From the IMG/VR virus record IMGVR_UViG_3300046777_002658, positions 132,878 through 196,877 of that record: a DNA stretch of 64,000 nt; one strand, written 5' to 3'. The notes beneath the pieces are model-generated. The model was not told where the DNA came from. It was given only the letters and a program-made list of their open reading frames with translations, and ran no database searches. This document shows positions 36,309-46,274 of the stretch, one piece after another; the stretch's first letter is position 1, and each line of letters opens with the position of its first letter. The DNA comes from a virus. The position numbers were made by a program, and so were the translations under genes.

Positions 36309-36745
36309 AAGAGTGGAAAGATATTAAAGGCTTCGAGGGTTACTATCAAATTAGTAGTTTAGGCAAAGTAAGAGGAGTTGAGAGATTAAGGGAAGTATGC
36401 AGTGCCAAAGGTAAAAAGTTTAATTACGTAATAAAGTCCAAAGAATTGAATACTTACCCAACAAAAAGAGGAAGAGTAAGAGTTTATCTATCAAAAGGAG
36501 CCAAGCGCAGTTGTCATTGGCTGGATAGTTTAATGGCTGAGGCCGAGTTCTTTGATACGCCAATAACAAGTTCTTTAGACAGGGATAGAAGGCTGATAGA
36601 TGCTTTGAAAAGCTACATAGTTAATCCTAACTGTGTGCCTGTTGAGCTAGTAAAACAACTAAAAAGAGTTAGAGAGGCTATTAACGCTGTAAGAAAACCA
36701 GTATTTGTTGATGATACAGGCAAGGCCATAGACTACACTCACTAG
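36293..36745 (+). CDS. NUMOD4-domain protein without HNH
   Basis: EEWKDIKGFEGYYQISSLGKVR; no HNH motif follows. Confidence 0.8.
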   Translation: MDEQLEEWKDIKGFEGYYQISSLGKVRGVERLREVCSAKGKKFNYVIKSKELNTYPTKRGRVRVYLSKGAKRSCHWLDSLMAEAEFFDTPITSSLDRDRRLIDALKSYIVNPNCVPVELVKQLKRVREAINAVRKPVFVDDTGKAIDYTH

Positions 36746-36760
36746 AAGGAATTATCTCAA

Positions 36761-37132
36761 ATGGATAAACAGTTAAGCAAAAAGAAGATTAATATAATGG
36801 AAGACTTTGTATCAATGTCTGAAACTCTTTATAACCTAGCAGCTAGTCAGTTAACAGAGTTGGGCTACTGTCTTGAAGATACTTGCTATGTTGTAGACAG
36901 AGAAACTACTTATAGCATTTTTGAAGAAGATGATGACTCTCCACAACCAGGAATATCTTTAGTGTTTCCAATACCTAAAACTGGGTACATAGGGATTTGC
37001 TTACAAGTAAAATATAAAGACTGTGAGCATAAAATCTGGTGTAATACAGAGGAGCAGGTTACTACAGTAATAAGCAATCTTGATTTAATAATTAAGTATT
37101 GGCACCAGACTATGTTGAAGCTTGTTCTATAA
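36761..37132 (+). CDS. Hypothetical protein
   Basis: ORF track. Confidence 0.6.
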   Translation: MDKQLSKKKINIMEDFVSMSETLYNLAASQLTELGYCLEDTCYVVDRETTYSIFEEDDDSPQPGISLVFPIPKTGYIGICLQVKYKDCEHKIWCNTEEQVTTVISNLDLIIKYWHQTMLKLVL

Positions 37133-37178
37133 GCTAATAAGTGAGAATCTTGACAGCAAAAAAGTATCGGAGTAACTA

Positions 37179-37373
37179 ATGGATTTTTCACGTATAAAGT
37201 GTGATAGTGAGTTGGGAGAGATAGTAAACAGTGCGTGTGAGTGGGTTCAGGATAGAGATACAGAACCAGAGATATTAATAAGAGCCTGTTTACCAGATGA
37301 GTCAATTCAAGAGATGGTTAACAGATTATTCTTAACTCTTGCTAGTATCTGGGGTGACATGGTGGATGGGTAA
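37179..37373 (+). CDS. Hypothetical protein
   Basis: ORF track. Confidence 0.6.
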   Translation: MDFSRIKCDSELGEIVNSACEWVQDRDTEPEILIRACLPDESIQEMVNRLFLTLASIWGDMVDG

Positions 37374-38121
37374 GCAAGTCTATGTCTCAGTCCAAACTGA
37401 CCCATTGATAGTAGCCTGCCCCTTAAACTTTTGCATTCTTTGGTTAAAAAAGGAAGTAACCCACCAACTTCTCTTAGATCAAACCTACTTTACAGGTAAG
37501 CAGCCAGCAGTGATAGAAGCCTTAGAATATGAGGACTCTGTTGGCTCTATTCAATATATAGACCAGTACCTTTATCCTCAAGAGTTAAACGTTGTAGGAG
37601 TAGACAGAAAGATTCGTTCTGTCCTAGAGTATATGGTTGCTAAAGTCTCTGTAAAGTTAGGGGCTGTAGAAGTGATAATAGCTAGGCAAGATATGCCCGC
37701 CTCGTCTTACTACAAATCAAAGTTTAATGCCTCATGCTTAGGTTCTTATCTTGCTAGAGCAGTATCAGACTATCGCCGGGAGTGGCTAATTGATGAAGTT
37801 TATGCTTCTGCTTACAGTGACTATAATTGGGGTAAAGACAGAGGTAGACTCACTAGAGACCATGCTCTGACTGTATGCAAAATAGGTATATCTCATCTTC
37901 ATATTAAGAAAAGGTTAGCTGGTGTTGGAGAGATATTTATGGACAATCTGCGATCGCTTGGTGTAGAGACCATAATGTCCAGACACTCGCCAGCAAGACC
38001 TCCCTTATGGTGGCAAGAAGTAACAGAACAACCATTTGGGGAAGTAGCACCTTTCGTTACAGGAGATTACCCTCAAGAGTTTAAAGAGTGGTTAGCAAAA
38101 GTAAAACCAATAGAGGAGTAA
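37339..38121 (+). CDS. Hypothetical protein
   Basis: Likely start at MGKQ (about 37366). Confidence 0.65.
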   Translation: MLVSGVTWWMGKQVYVSVQTDPLIVACPLNFCILWLKKEVTHQLLLDQTYFTGKQPAVIEALEYEDSVGSIQYIDQYLYPQELNVVGVDRKIRSVLEYMVAKVSVKLGAVEVIIARQDMPASSYYKSKFNASCLGSYLARAVSDYRREWLIDEVYASAYSDYNWGKDRGRLTRDHALTVCKIGISHLHIKKRLAGVGEIFMDNLRSLGVETIMSRHSPARPPLWWQEVTEQPFGEVAPFVTGDYPQEFKEWLAKVKPIEE

Positions 38122-38366
38122 AAATGGAAGAGACAGTTTACGTCCAGCTAATAAATAAAATGATGAGTAGGTGGAATGGTCTAAACTACTCTATCGTAGC
38201 AGCAGAAGTTATCTTACTCAGTGAAGAAGAAGCACAATTATCGCTTGACTGGTTGAATAATTCTCTCACAGAGGATAATAACACCCCTTCTTATATCCAA
38301 AAGTATCTTCATTCTTTTAGTATGGTTTCTCTTCTAAGATCAAACTTAGGGTACGGATCTTTCTAA
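38088..38366 (+). CDS. Hypothetical protein
   Basis: Likely start at MEETV after GAGG. Confidence 0.6.
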   Translation: MVSKSKTNRGVKMEETVYVQLINKMMSRWNGLNYSIVAAEVILLSEEEAQLSLDWLNNSLTEDNNTPSYIQKYLHSFSMVSLLRSNLGYGSF

Positions 38367-38767
38367 TGCTAGAACAGACAAACAAACTAGAAGAGCTATT
38401 AGCTCGACAGCCTCAGCACCTTGACCTAGTACAGAAACTCCTTAAAGTAGATTTTCTAGCCTGTAAGACTTTAGAGATAGAGTTAATCAGAGAGAACATA
38501 GAGCTGAGATGGTTTTTTAGTATGATGGTCACGCTCCTAGATTATTATTTGTTGCTAGTGCCTGACTTAGAAGCTAAATTGCTTTCTATCCCAGAAGATA
38601 AAATAGAGCCAGTCAGTGACCTACAAGAGCTAACTCTGCACCACCTTTACAGGTTCAGGACTTCTACCCTAATAAACAGAAAGCAATCCAACTACGCCCA
38701 GCAAGTTAGAAACTATCTTAAGCTGAGAGAAAGACTAAGAAAGCAGGTAGAACAGTTATGGCAATAA
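38366..38767 (+). CDS. Hypothetical protein
   Basis: Coupled ORF. Confidence 0.65.
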   Translation: MLEQTNKLEELLARQPQHLDLVQKLLKVDFLACKTLEIELIRENIELRWFFSMMVTLLDYYLLLVPDLEAKLLSIPEDKIEPVSDLQELTLHHLYRFRTSTLINRKQSNYAQQVRNYLKLRERLRKQVEQLWQ

Positions 38768-39354
38768 CAGACAAAAGGTGGGTGGTGGCTTTTGACCAAG
38801 CTCTAGAAAATACTGGGGTTGCTGTTACTGATAGTGAATTTATCTACACAACTGTGCTAGTGACTAAAAGTAAGCTAGGAATAGATAAAAGGCTGCACGA
38901 GATAGACAGGTTTGTAACCAAGGTTATTGAAACCTTTTTTCCTGAAGAGATAGTCTTGGAGGTTGTGTACCCAGGTAGGTTCAGAAATGCAGCAATGAAG
39001 CTGGCTCAGGTTTACTCTACAATAACTAACGCTTGCTTTAGATATGAAGTTCCTTACACAGTATTAGACAGTGCTGTAAAAACAAAAGAGTCCTGGCCGG
39101 CTAGACTAGGAATAAAAGGGACTAAAGAACACTGTAAAGATTGGTTACTAGCCACACATCCAGACAAGGAAACTATTAATAAATTAGCCGAACATGAATA
39201 CGACGCAATAGGTATTTTATGGGCTAAAATGGTAGAAGATAAAGCTATTTCTGTAGAGAGTATAGCTAACCTACCAATTATTAAACTAGTACCAAATGAC
39301 CTCTTTAACCACTCAGGAATCAACTGCAACAGCAGAGTCCAAGCCAGAGTATGA
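38758..39354 (+). CDS. RuvC-like resolvase (RNase H fold)
   Basis: VVAFDQALENTGVAV, IVLE, HEYDAIGI. Confidence 0.7.
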   Translation: MAITDKRWVVAFDQALENTGVAVTDSEFIYTTVLVTKSKLGIDKRLHEIDRFVTKVIETFFPEEIVLEVVYPGRFRNAAMKLAQVYSTITNACFRYEVPYTVLDSAVKTKESWPARLGIKGTKEHCKDWLLATHPDKETINKLAEHEYDAIGILWAKMVEDKAISVESIANLPIIKLVPNDLFNHSGINCNSRVQARV

Positions 39355-40465
39355 CACTACAAAGTGGACTTCTTACACAAGGCTTTCTTCCTTTCCCAAA
39401 TGCCCTCAAAAGTACAACTTTAGCTATGTTAATAAGCTAAAAGAGAACACAATTGAAGTTCTAGAAGATAGTTTATTAATTGGTAGACTAACACATGAAT
39501 GTTTAGAGATGCACTTGAATGGAGCAGAGCTAGAAAGTGCCTTGGAGATAGTTTTACCAAAGTGGTTAGAGAAAGACTGTAAGCTATCAGCAGTTGAGGA
39601 TGACACAGATAAAGAGGGTTATGTAGTTTCTAATGGCATACCAACTAGATTACTAATTGATTATGCTATTAAGATTGGTTCTATCTATCATCGTTGTTCT
39701 CAAAATTATCTTGAGGAAGATGCTATCAGAAACAACGATGGTTCAGTTCCAAAAGACCCCTTCAACTATCCTCCTTCAACTGTTAAAAAAGAGATTAATA
39801 GTTTAGGGCTTTACAAGATTTCACTAGATATAAATAATATCGCAACTATCCTTAATCCTCAGTTCCGCAGACTCAAGTTGTGTGATTTAGTAGCTAAGGC
39901 TGCACTCTATATTTACAACTTTAAAAAGCCTGATTGGGTTGCTGAGACTCTGGGTGTGGAGCTTAAGTTTGATAATCTAAACCTTGAGTGGAAAAGAGGT
40001 AAGAACTGGCAGGGTGGTATTGACTGGGTATTTAAAACAGTAGATGGTGCAGTTGTTATTTGTGACCACAAGACTGAAAAGAATAAAACCAGCGGTCTAG
40101 ATGTAATGATGCACCCACAGTTAAACCTGTATGCTCACCTTTATTATGAGCTTACAGGCAGGCTACCAGATTACTTAGGTATATACCATCTTCCCTCCGG
40201 CGAGCTAGTGCTTGCCCAGGTTGACCTGAATGTGGTGCAGAGAGTTGTTAAAGAACTAGAAGTTATTGAAGATGATATTCAAGCAGCAGAAGAGAGCGAT
40301 CGCTGGAGAAAGCCTTTGTCTCCCGCTGAGTATGGTGTGCCTTGCTTTAGAAGAGATTGGAAAACTGATGCTCTGGTTTCAGTTTGTAAATACTTTAAGC
40401 ATTGCTGGCCAGACTATGCGCTTAATATTGAGGATGAACTAAGAGTCTTTGAAGGAAATGACTAA
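39296..40465 (+). CDS. RecB-family PD-(D/E)XK exonuclease
   Basis: SYTRLSSFPKCP, GGIDWVF...ICDHKT, QLNLYA, C-terminal CKYFKHC. Confidence 0.85.
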   Translation: MTSLTTQESTATAESKPEYDTTKWTSYTRLSSFPKCPQKYNFSYVNKLKENTIEVLEDSLLIGRLTHECLEMHLNGAELESALEIVLPKWLEKDCKLSAVEDDTDKEGYVVSNGIPTRLLIDYAIKIGSIYHRCSQNYLEEDAIRNNDGSVPKDPFNYPPSTVKKEINSLGLYKISLDINNIATILNPQFRRLKLCDLVAKAALYIYNFKKPDWVAETLGVELKFDNLNLEWKRGKNWQGGIDWVFKTVDGAVVICDHKTEKNKTSGLDVMMHPQLNLYAHLYYELTGRLPDYLGIYHLPSGELVLAQVDLNVVQRVVKELEVIEDDIQAAEESDRWRKPLSPAEYGVPCFRRDWKTDALVSVCKYFKHCWPDYALNIEDELRVFEGND

Positions 40466-40742
40466 CGGTAACTTAACAATAACAGCAGAGTTAAGAGAAA
40501 AATATCCTGGTACAGATTGGTGCGGAGAAGTGTTTCCTTTCATACTAGTTTTTGATGTTGAGCCAGAAGTAGTGTTGAGTTGGTTAGACAAAACCAGTTT
40601 AACTCTAGTACAAAAAGCTTGTAGCTGGTGTTTTGAGGCTGCTCTTGATAAATTAAGCGGCAAAACATTAGATATGTTTTCCATGCCTAACTGTCTACTA
40701 AAACTAAAAGAAGCACAACCAAAGGAAGAAAACAATGACTGA
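40449..40742 (+). CDS. Hypothetical protein
   Basis: ORF track. Confidence 0.55.
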   Translation: MKEMTNGNLTITAELREKYPGTDWCGEVFPFILVFDVEPEVVLSWLDKTSLTLVQKACSWCFEAALDKLSGKTLDMFSMPNCLLKLKEAQPKEENND

Positions 40743-40938
40743 AGCATTTGAAAGATGGTGGGATAAGAGGTATGCAGGTAGTTGGAAGCCACAAGCTCTT
40801 GAAGACTGTTTTAAAGAAGTAGCTAGATCAGCCTGGGATGAAGCCCTTGAGAGCTTAAAGAAGGAAGCAGATTATCCAAACAACTTTTTGAAGTGGGCGG
40901 AGCAACAACAGCAGAAAGCAGACTTAGAAAGAGAATAG
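40735..40938 (+). CDS. Hypothetical protein
   Basis: AFERWW...AWD-type small phage ORF. Confidence 0.6.
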   Translation: MTEAFERWWDKRYAGSWKPQALEDCFKEVARSAWDEALESLKKEADYPNNFLKWAEQQQQKADLERE

Positions 40939-41140
40939 CAGTTAGTTAATATCTTTCAGAGAGTGTTTCATGTAAAGCCCTCATCTGTTAGAGAATTTAT
41001 TAAATCTATTACTGAGGAGGAACTTCTAGAAGCAGAGAATTAGTGTGTTAGATATTATGAAGTACCGAGACATATTAGTGTGGTAGCCAAGCCAAGACCC
41101 ACTTGCTTAAATATCCTAGACAATGCCGAGATAAGAGATA

Positions 41141-41380
41141 ATGAATAAAAACAATATCAGCAAGCCGCTTGTCTACTCTAAAAAGAAGCTAGACTATGAC
41201 GAGCTTGAAAGAATGGAGCTAGATGTGGTTATGGCTAGAAGGGGAGACCGGGTGCTTGAGTTCTCCTTCTGCCACTCTAGAAAGATATTTAGCTATAAAG
41301 TTTACAATACAGAGATTACTACTCTTTATTATCAGGGAACAGACTTATGGGAAGCTACAAAGAAAATGAATGATGGATAA
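41141..41380 (+). CDS. Small protein related to the 16.3-17.0 kb paralogs
   Basis: SYKVYNTEITTLYYQGTDLWEATKKMN. Confidence 0.6.
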   Translation: MNKNNISKPLVYSKKKLDYDELERMELDVVMARRGDRVLEFSFCHSRKIFSYKVYNTEITTLYYQGTDLWEATKKMNDG

Positions 41381-41627
41381 TAACCAATTACCTCAAGAAG
41401 AAACAAGGTCTTGCTTAGATTGCGTTCACGCTAAAGTTTGGAACTACAAAGAGACTTATGAAGATGGGATAAATAGTGGCTTTGAGTGTAGGCACCCTAA
41501 CGTTAATGAAGAAGGTTGGGTTGAGCCAGAGAACTACGTGACTATGACAACCAAAGAGTTTGCTTTGTATTGTGCTAGAAGCTGTAGAGATTATGAAAGA
41601 AGGCAATCAGAAAGTAATGCAAAGTAA
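41370..41627 (+). CDS. Small Cys-rich protein
   Basis: SCLDCVH...ECRH...CARSCRDY. Confidence 0.65.
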   Translation: MMDNNQLPQEETRSCLDCVHAKVWNYKETYEDGINSGFECRHPNVNEEGWVEPENYVTMTTKEFALYCARSCRDYERRQSESNAK

Positions 41628-41790
41628 TAACCCCCGTAGTAAACCTTACAACAAACTACAAAGTTTAAACAATCCAGAGCAAGCTGCTGAGTACCTAAAG
41701 GTAGTTTTAGAAGAAGGGGATAAAAAGTACATTGCTACAGCTCTGAGAAATATAGCTGTAGCAAACAACGTTAACCTTTACTTTTTTTAG
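41617..41790 (+). CDS. Truncated addiction-module antidote-like protein (57 aa)
   Basis: LNNPEQAAEYLKVVLEEGDKKYIATALRNIAVA matches the antidote N-terminus; HTH absent. Confidence 0.65.
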   Translation: MQSNNPRSKPYNKLQSLNNPEQAAEYLKVVLEEGDKKYIATALRNIAVANNVNLYFF

Positions 41791-41908
41791 TGGAGAATCA
41801 TGCTCTCGTTGAAGTAGAAAGTAAAGTTTAGTTCTGTATAGTTCTTATATAGCAGCAGCGTAAGTAAATACTTGTTGACTACAAGCCAGCAAGCAGAAGA
41901 AATTAAAG

Positions 41909-42640
41909 ATGCCGAAACAAAAAGCTGACCTTTACACCGTAGACATAGTTGAATATATAACTCAGAGAGTGGGCATAACACCCCAGCAAGCTAAAAGAGT
42001 AGTCTTTGCTCTCTCTGAGTTTTTAGTTGTCTCATTAATCAGAAGATTGAGCATTGTTCTACCCTTTATAGGAACTCTGTCAGTTCAAGAAAACAAGGTC
42101 AGAAACACAATCAAGTTTGCTCCTACAGACCAGATGTGTGCTTGGATTAAGAACAGTAAAGTTGGCTATAAACCAGAAAGTATAGAGCTAGTTCCAAACC
42201 TAGTAGCAGCAGCAGGTGAACAAGACTTCTATCTTCAAAGACTAGAGAAAAGTTTACTAGAGCAGCAAAGACTAGACCAACTGCCGGATCTGTACCTCAA
42301 AGATATAAGTCTGGTTCAACTAAGCTTTCTTGTGTACCTTCAGCAGGAGTTTCCTTATGGATTATCCTGGGTAAACCCAATATCCAAAAGAGAACACCAG
42401 GCAGCCAGAGTTAAAGAAGTGCTAGAGCTAACTTACTCTAAAGTATGCCCCGAGGATTTTACCTGTCTCTACTTACTTTGGGTAGGATGTAACAAAAGAA
42501 GAGAGTTAGCTATCCTAGAAGGCTACACGCCTGAGAGTCTAAAACGTTCTTGGGGCAGAGCTGTAGATTCTGCACTACTACTTCTTGAGTTTTCTGAAAT
42601 AACACCTAAATTGGTTATAGAGCTAACTAAACCAAATTAG
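41909..42640 (+). CDS. HU/IHF-like domain fused to an unknown C-terminal domain
   Basis: IVEYITQRVGITPQQAKRVVFALSEFL...IVLPFIGTLSV...IKFAP. Confidence 0.6.
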   Translation: MPKQKADLYTVDIVEYITQRVGITPQQAKRVVFALSEFLVVSLIRRLSIVLPFIGTLSVQENKVRNTIKFAPTDQMCAWIKNSKVGYKPESIELVPNLVAAAGEQDFYLQRLEKSLLEQQRLDQLPDLYLKDISLVQLSFLVYLQQEFPYGLSWVNPISKREHQAARVKEVLELTYSKVCPEDFTCLYLLWVGCNKRRELAILEGYTPESLKRSWGRAVDSALLLLEFSEITPKLVIELTKPN

Positions 42641-42642
42641 GC

Positions 42643-43362
42643 ATGAACAACATAACAACTTACGAGCCCCAGCAAGAGACTTTAAACTTAGAAAGAGCGG
42701 CAAAAGCTGTTAGCTACATGGAACAGCTTGAGCATATTATTACTTCTATACAAGGAATGTCCGAGCTGGTTAGCGCAGAGTATAGTAGTGAGTTAAAAGC
42801 CATTGCTACAAGAGCTAGTGCTTTATATCAGGCTCTAGATAACACAGAGGAAGGAGCTGCTTTAATTGATAATGGTAAAAAGTTATCAAGTGTGTCTTTT
42901 AGCAAGATTGAGAGACTAAAACTAGGGTCTGAAATAAAAAGGCTTAGGGACAATGGTAAGAACTATACAGAGATTGGTGAGTATCTAGATATTAGTCCTC
43001 AAAAGGTATCGCAGTTTTGTAAAGCCTACGACGCTGCTCCACCCTCTAAGAAAGCTGAGATGAAGAAGAGTTCTATCTTTGATATTGCGTCTAACATGGA
43101 GGACTTAGGAGCTATGATTTATAGACAACTAGCAAGGCTAGAGAGCACAGATCCTGAGCATCACGTTAAGTACACAGCAGAATTAAGACAGCTATTGACA
43201 GCAGCTCAAAAGTTCATGGAGTCTCACTCTGCTCAGAAAAAGATAGAAAGTATTGGTATGCTTGTGTCAGAGATACTAATAGATGAGCTGCCCGAAAAAC
43301 GTGCCAAGGTGTTAGCCAGATTTAGAGAGATAGGCTTTAGAGGAGCCTTACCGGTTGCTTAA
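42643..43362 (+). CDS. HTH-containing helical protein
   Basis: IKRLRDNGKNYTEIGEYLDISPQKVSQF. Confidence 0.6.
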   Translation: MNNITTYEPQQETLNLERAAKAVSYMEQLEHIITSIQGMSELVSAEYSSELKAIATRASALYQALDNTEEGAALIDNGKKLSSVSFSKIERLKLGSEIKRLRDNGKNYTEIGEYLDISPQKVSQFCKAYDAAPPSKKAEMKKSSIFDIASNMEDLGAMIYRQLARLESTDPEHHVKYTAELRQLLTAAQKFMESHSAQKKIESIGMLVSEILIDELPEKRAKVLARFREIGFRGALPVA

Positions 43363-43441
43363 TATTTGGGTAGTTTAATTCTTTAAAGTTAGTCTTTTAT
43401 AGCTTATGTTAGAGAAAGACTCTACAAACTCTTAGAAAAAA

Positions 43442-44407
43442 ATGGCTTTAACAGACCCAAGGCATAATTACAAACCATTTGAATATGGACAGGCTCATAA
43501 GTTTAGCACAGACCAACAAGACAGCTTTTGGGTAGCAAAAGAATGTGCTCTCACCGAAGACCTTTTAGACTGGAAGGTTAAGCTGGATGATAAGGAAAGA
43601 GCAGTTGTGGCTGGGGTTCTCAAAGGGTTTACTCAAGCCGAACTAGTCATAGGAGATTACTGGTCAAATGTGGTCAGATGGTTTCCTAAACCAGAGATTG
43701 CTTGCATGGCAAGAACATTTAGCTTTTTTGAAGTCGTCCATACTGAGGCTTACAGCTATCTTTCTGATACCTTAGGGCTGGATGACTTTGAAGCCTTTTT
43801 ACAAGACCCAGCAGCCCAAGCTAAGTATGGTAACTTAATAAGTGCTAGAGATGAGAGTGACGAGGATATAGCTCGTTCGTTAGCAGTGTTTAGTGCTTTT
43901 GCTGAGGGTGTATCTCTGTTCTCTTCTTTTGCAGTGCTAATGCGCTTCCCAGCTTTAAATAAACTGAAGGGTCTTGGCACAATAGTTGAATATTCAAGTC
44001 GAGATGAGTGCATCCATGCTGAAGCAGGTATATGGTTATTTAATACTTATCTAGAAGAAAATTCTCACCTAAGAACTGATAAGCTAGAATCTGATATATA
44101 TGAAGCTGCTAGAACTTGTGTTGGGTTGGAAGAGGGCTTTATAGATTCAATCTTTGATCAGGGTGACTTACTGGGCTTAAAGGCTATAGACCTAAAAAAT
44201 TATATTAGAGCCAGAGCAAATCAAAAGCTAATCCAGTTGGGCTACAAACCTATTCTAGACTTTGATTCTAAATCGGCTGAAGCTATATCTGGCTGGTTTG
44301 AAGTGTTTACTGGTGGTGCTAGAAACCACGACTTCTTTTTAACAAGAGAGACTAACTACTCTAGAGGGGATGCCTTTGACCCCAACGAATTAGATTTTAA
44401 GTTTTAA
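43442..44407 (+). CDS. nrdB: Ribonucleotide reductase class I beta subunit
   Basis: FTQAE, EVVHTEAY, AEGVSLFSSF, SRDECIH. Confidence 0.95.
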   Translation: MALTDPRHNYKPFEYGQAHKFSTDQQDSFWVAKECALTEDLLDWKVKLDDKERAVVAGVLKGFTQAELVIGDYWSNVVRWFPKPEIACMARTFSFFEVVHTEAYSYLSDTLGLDDFEAFLQDPAAQAKYGNLISARDESDEDIARSLAVFSAFAEGVSLFSSFAVLMRFPALNKLKGLGTIVEYSSRDECIHAEAGIWLFNTYLEENSHLRTDKLESDIYEAARTCVGLEEGFIDSIFDQGDLLGLKAIDLKNYIRARANQKLIQLGYKPILDFDSKSAEAISGWFEVFTGGARNHDFFLTRETNYSRGDAFDPNELDFKF

Positions 44408-44422
44408 TAGGAATAGAGAAAT

Positions 44423-46228
44423 ATGATTGGCAACGAACTGTACGTTGAATTGCAAACTGAACTTGATAACCTGAAGGCTATTGACGAAGCTCCGGAGTGG
44501 TTGACTATTGAAGGTTTAGGAACTTTAAACACTGGTTATTTGTTAAAGGGCGAGACTCCTAAAGGTATGTGGAGAAGGGTATCTGATACAGCAGCAGGAT
44601 ATTACAGAGATGTAAATCTTGGTACTTTGTCAGAGCAGGAGTTATCAAACAGATTCTTTGAACTATTTTGGAAAGGTTGGTTAGGTGGGTCAAGTCCTGT
44701 TTTAGCAAATATGGGAACAGATAGAGGCTTTCCAATCTCCTGCTTTGCTTCTTACGTTGGAGACAATAGAAAGTCTATCTTTTCTTCTTTTGTAGAGACA
44801 GCCTGGGTTTCTTCTATGGGTGGCGGTACAGCAGTTCATATTAGTGATGTTAGAGAACGTGGGGCTAACATTAATTCTGGTGGGGTCTCTAACGGAGTTG
44901 TACCCTGGTTAAAGATATATGACAGCCTTACAGTAGGGGTTAACCAAGGTGGCTTTAGAAGAGGCGCTCTAGCTGCTTATTATAATATTGAAGGAGGAGA
45001 CTTTGATGACTTCCTCAAAATGCGTCAGCCTCATGGAGACCCTAACCTAGTTTGTAGTAATATTCATCATGCTGTAGTCATCACTGACTCATTTATGGAA
45101 AAGCTACGAGCTGGTGACAAGCCAGCTAAAAAGCGTTGGGCTGACGTATTACAGAAAAGAAAGCAGACTGGTGAGCCTTATTTGTTCTTTATTGATACAG
45201 TTAACAAAAACAATCCAGACTGCTACAAAGCATTAGGATTAGATGTTAAGGGTAGTAATCTCTGCAATGAGATAGCATTGCATACAAGCGAGCTTTATAC
45301 ATTAGTGTGCTGCCTCTCTTCTTTAAACGCAGCCAAGTATGATGAGTGGAAAGAGGTTGGGGCTAGTGTTGTCAGATTGTCAATTCTTTTATTAGATGCA
45401 GTTATAGAAGAGTTTATAACAAAAGCCAAAGGTAAACCCGGGTTTGATAAAGCTGTAAGATTTGCAGAAGAGTCAAGAGCAGTAGGCTTAGGAGTAATGG
45501 GGTATCAAACTTTGCTACAAAAACGTAATCTACCCTTTGCTAGTCCCGAGGCTAGAGAGTTAAATATTGAGTTATTTAAATTAGTAGGTACAGAAAGCCG
45601 CAGAGCTTCTCAAGAACTTGCTATGTTACGAGGGGAACCAAAATGGTGCAGAGGTTTTGGAGTCCGCCACACTCATACAAACGCATTAGCCCCGACCAAA
45701 TCTAACTCTACTATTTGTGGTAATGTATCTGAAGGTGTAGAACCGTACCTGGCTAACTACTTTGTTAAAGATACTAAAGGAGCTTTTATCCAGCGTAATC
45801 CTCAGTTAGTTAAACTTTTGGAAGAACTAGGTGAAAACAAAGAAGAAGTTTGGGCTAGTATCTCTAATAAAGGTGGGTCTGTTAAGCATCTTCCTTTCTT
45901 GTCAGACCATCAAAAAGAAGTGTTTAAAACAGCTCACGAAATAGACCAACTAGAGATAGTTCAACAAGCAGCTGACCGTCAACCGTACATTGACCAGTCT
46001 CAATCTCTAAACTTGTTTATTAAAGAAAGTGCTAGTATGGCATCTATTAACAAGGTTCATTTTACTGCTTGGCAGCTAGGAGTGAAATCTCTCTACTATC
46101 AAAAAGGTGAGCCAAAAGGTCGTGCAAGTAGTGAAGTAGATTATTCTTCTTTAACACCTGCAACACCAGCAGCCTGCCCTTTAACTAAACCAGAAGATGA
46201 TGAGGTTTGTATTCCTTGTCAGGGATAA
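44423..46228 (+). CDS. nrdA: Ribonucleotide reductase class I alpha subunit
   Basis: PISCF, NQGGFRRGA, GSNLCNEI, CCLSSLN, APTKSNS, QSQSLN, KSLYY, C-terminal CxxC. Confidence 0.95.
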   Translation: MIGNELYVELQTELDNLKAIDEAPEWLTIEGLGTLNTGYLLKGETPKGMWRRVSDTAAGYYRDVNLGTLSEQELSNRFFELFWKGWLGGSSPVLANMGTDRGFPISCFASYVGDNRKSIFSSFVETAWVSSMGGGTAVHISDVRERGANINSGGVSNGVVPWLKIYDSLTVGVNQGGFRRGALAAYYNIEGGDFDDFLKMRQPHGDPNLVCSNIHHAVVITDSFMEKLRAGDKPAKKRWADVLQKRKQTGEPYLFFIDTVNKNNPDCYKALGLDVKGSNLCNEIALHTSELYTLVCCLSSLNAAKYDEWKEVGASVVRLSILLLDAVIEEFITKAKGKPGFDKAVRFAEESRAVGLGVMGYQTLLQKRNLPFASPEARELNIELFKLVGTESRRASQELAMLRGEPKWCRGFGVRHTHTNALAPTKSNSTICGNVSEGVEPYLANYFVKDTKGAFIQRNPQLVKLLEELGENKEEVWASISNKGGSVKHLPFLSDHQKEVFKTAHEIDQLEIVQQAADRQPYIDQSQSLNLFIKESASMASINKVHFTAWQLGVKSLYYQKGEPKGRASSEVDYSSLTPATPAACPLTKPEDDEVCIPCQG

Positions 46229-46246
46229 GCTGTCTTAGTAAGTAAT

Positions 46247-46272
46247 AAGGTAGGTTATTAACCTACCTTTTT
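46247..46272 (+). terminator. Intrinsic terminator
   Basis: AAGGTAGGTT-ATT-AACCTACCTT followed by TTT. Confidence 0.75.
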
Positions 46273-46274
46273 GT

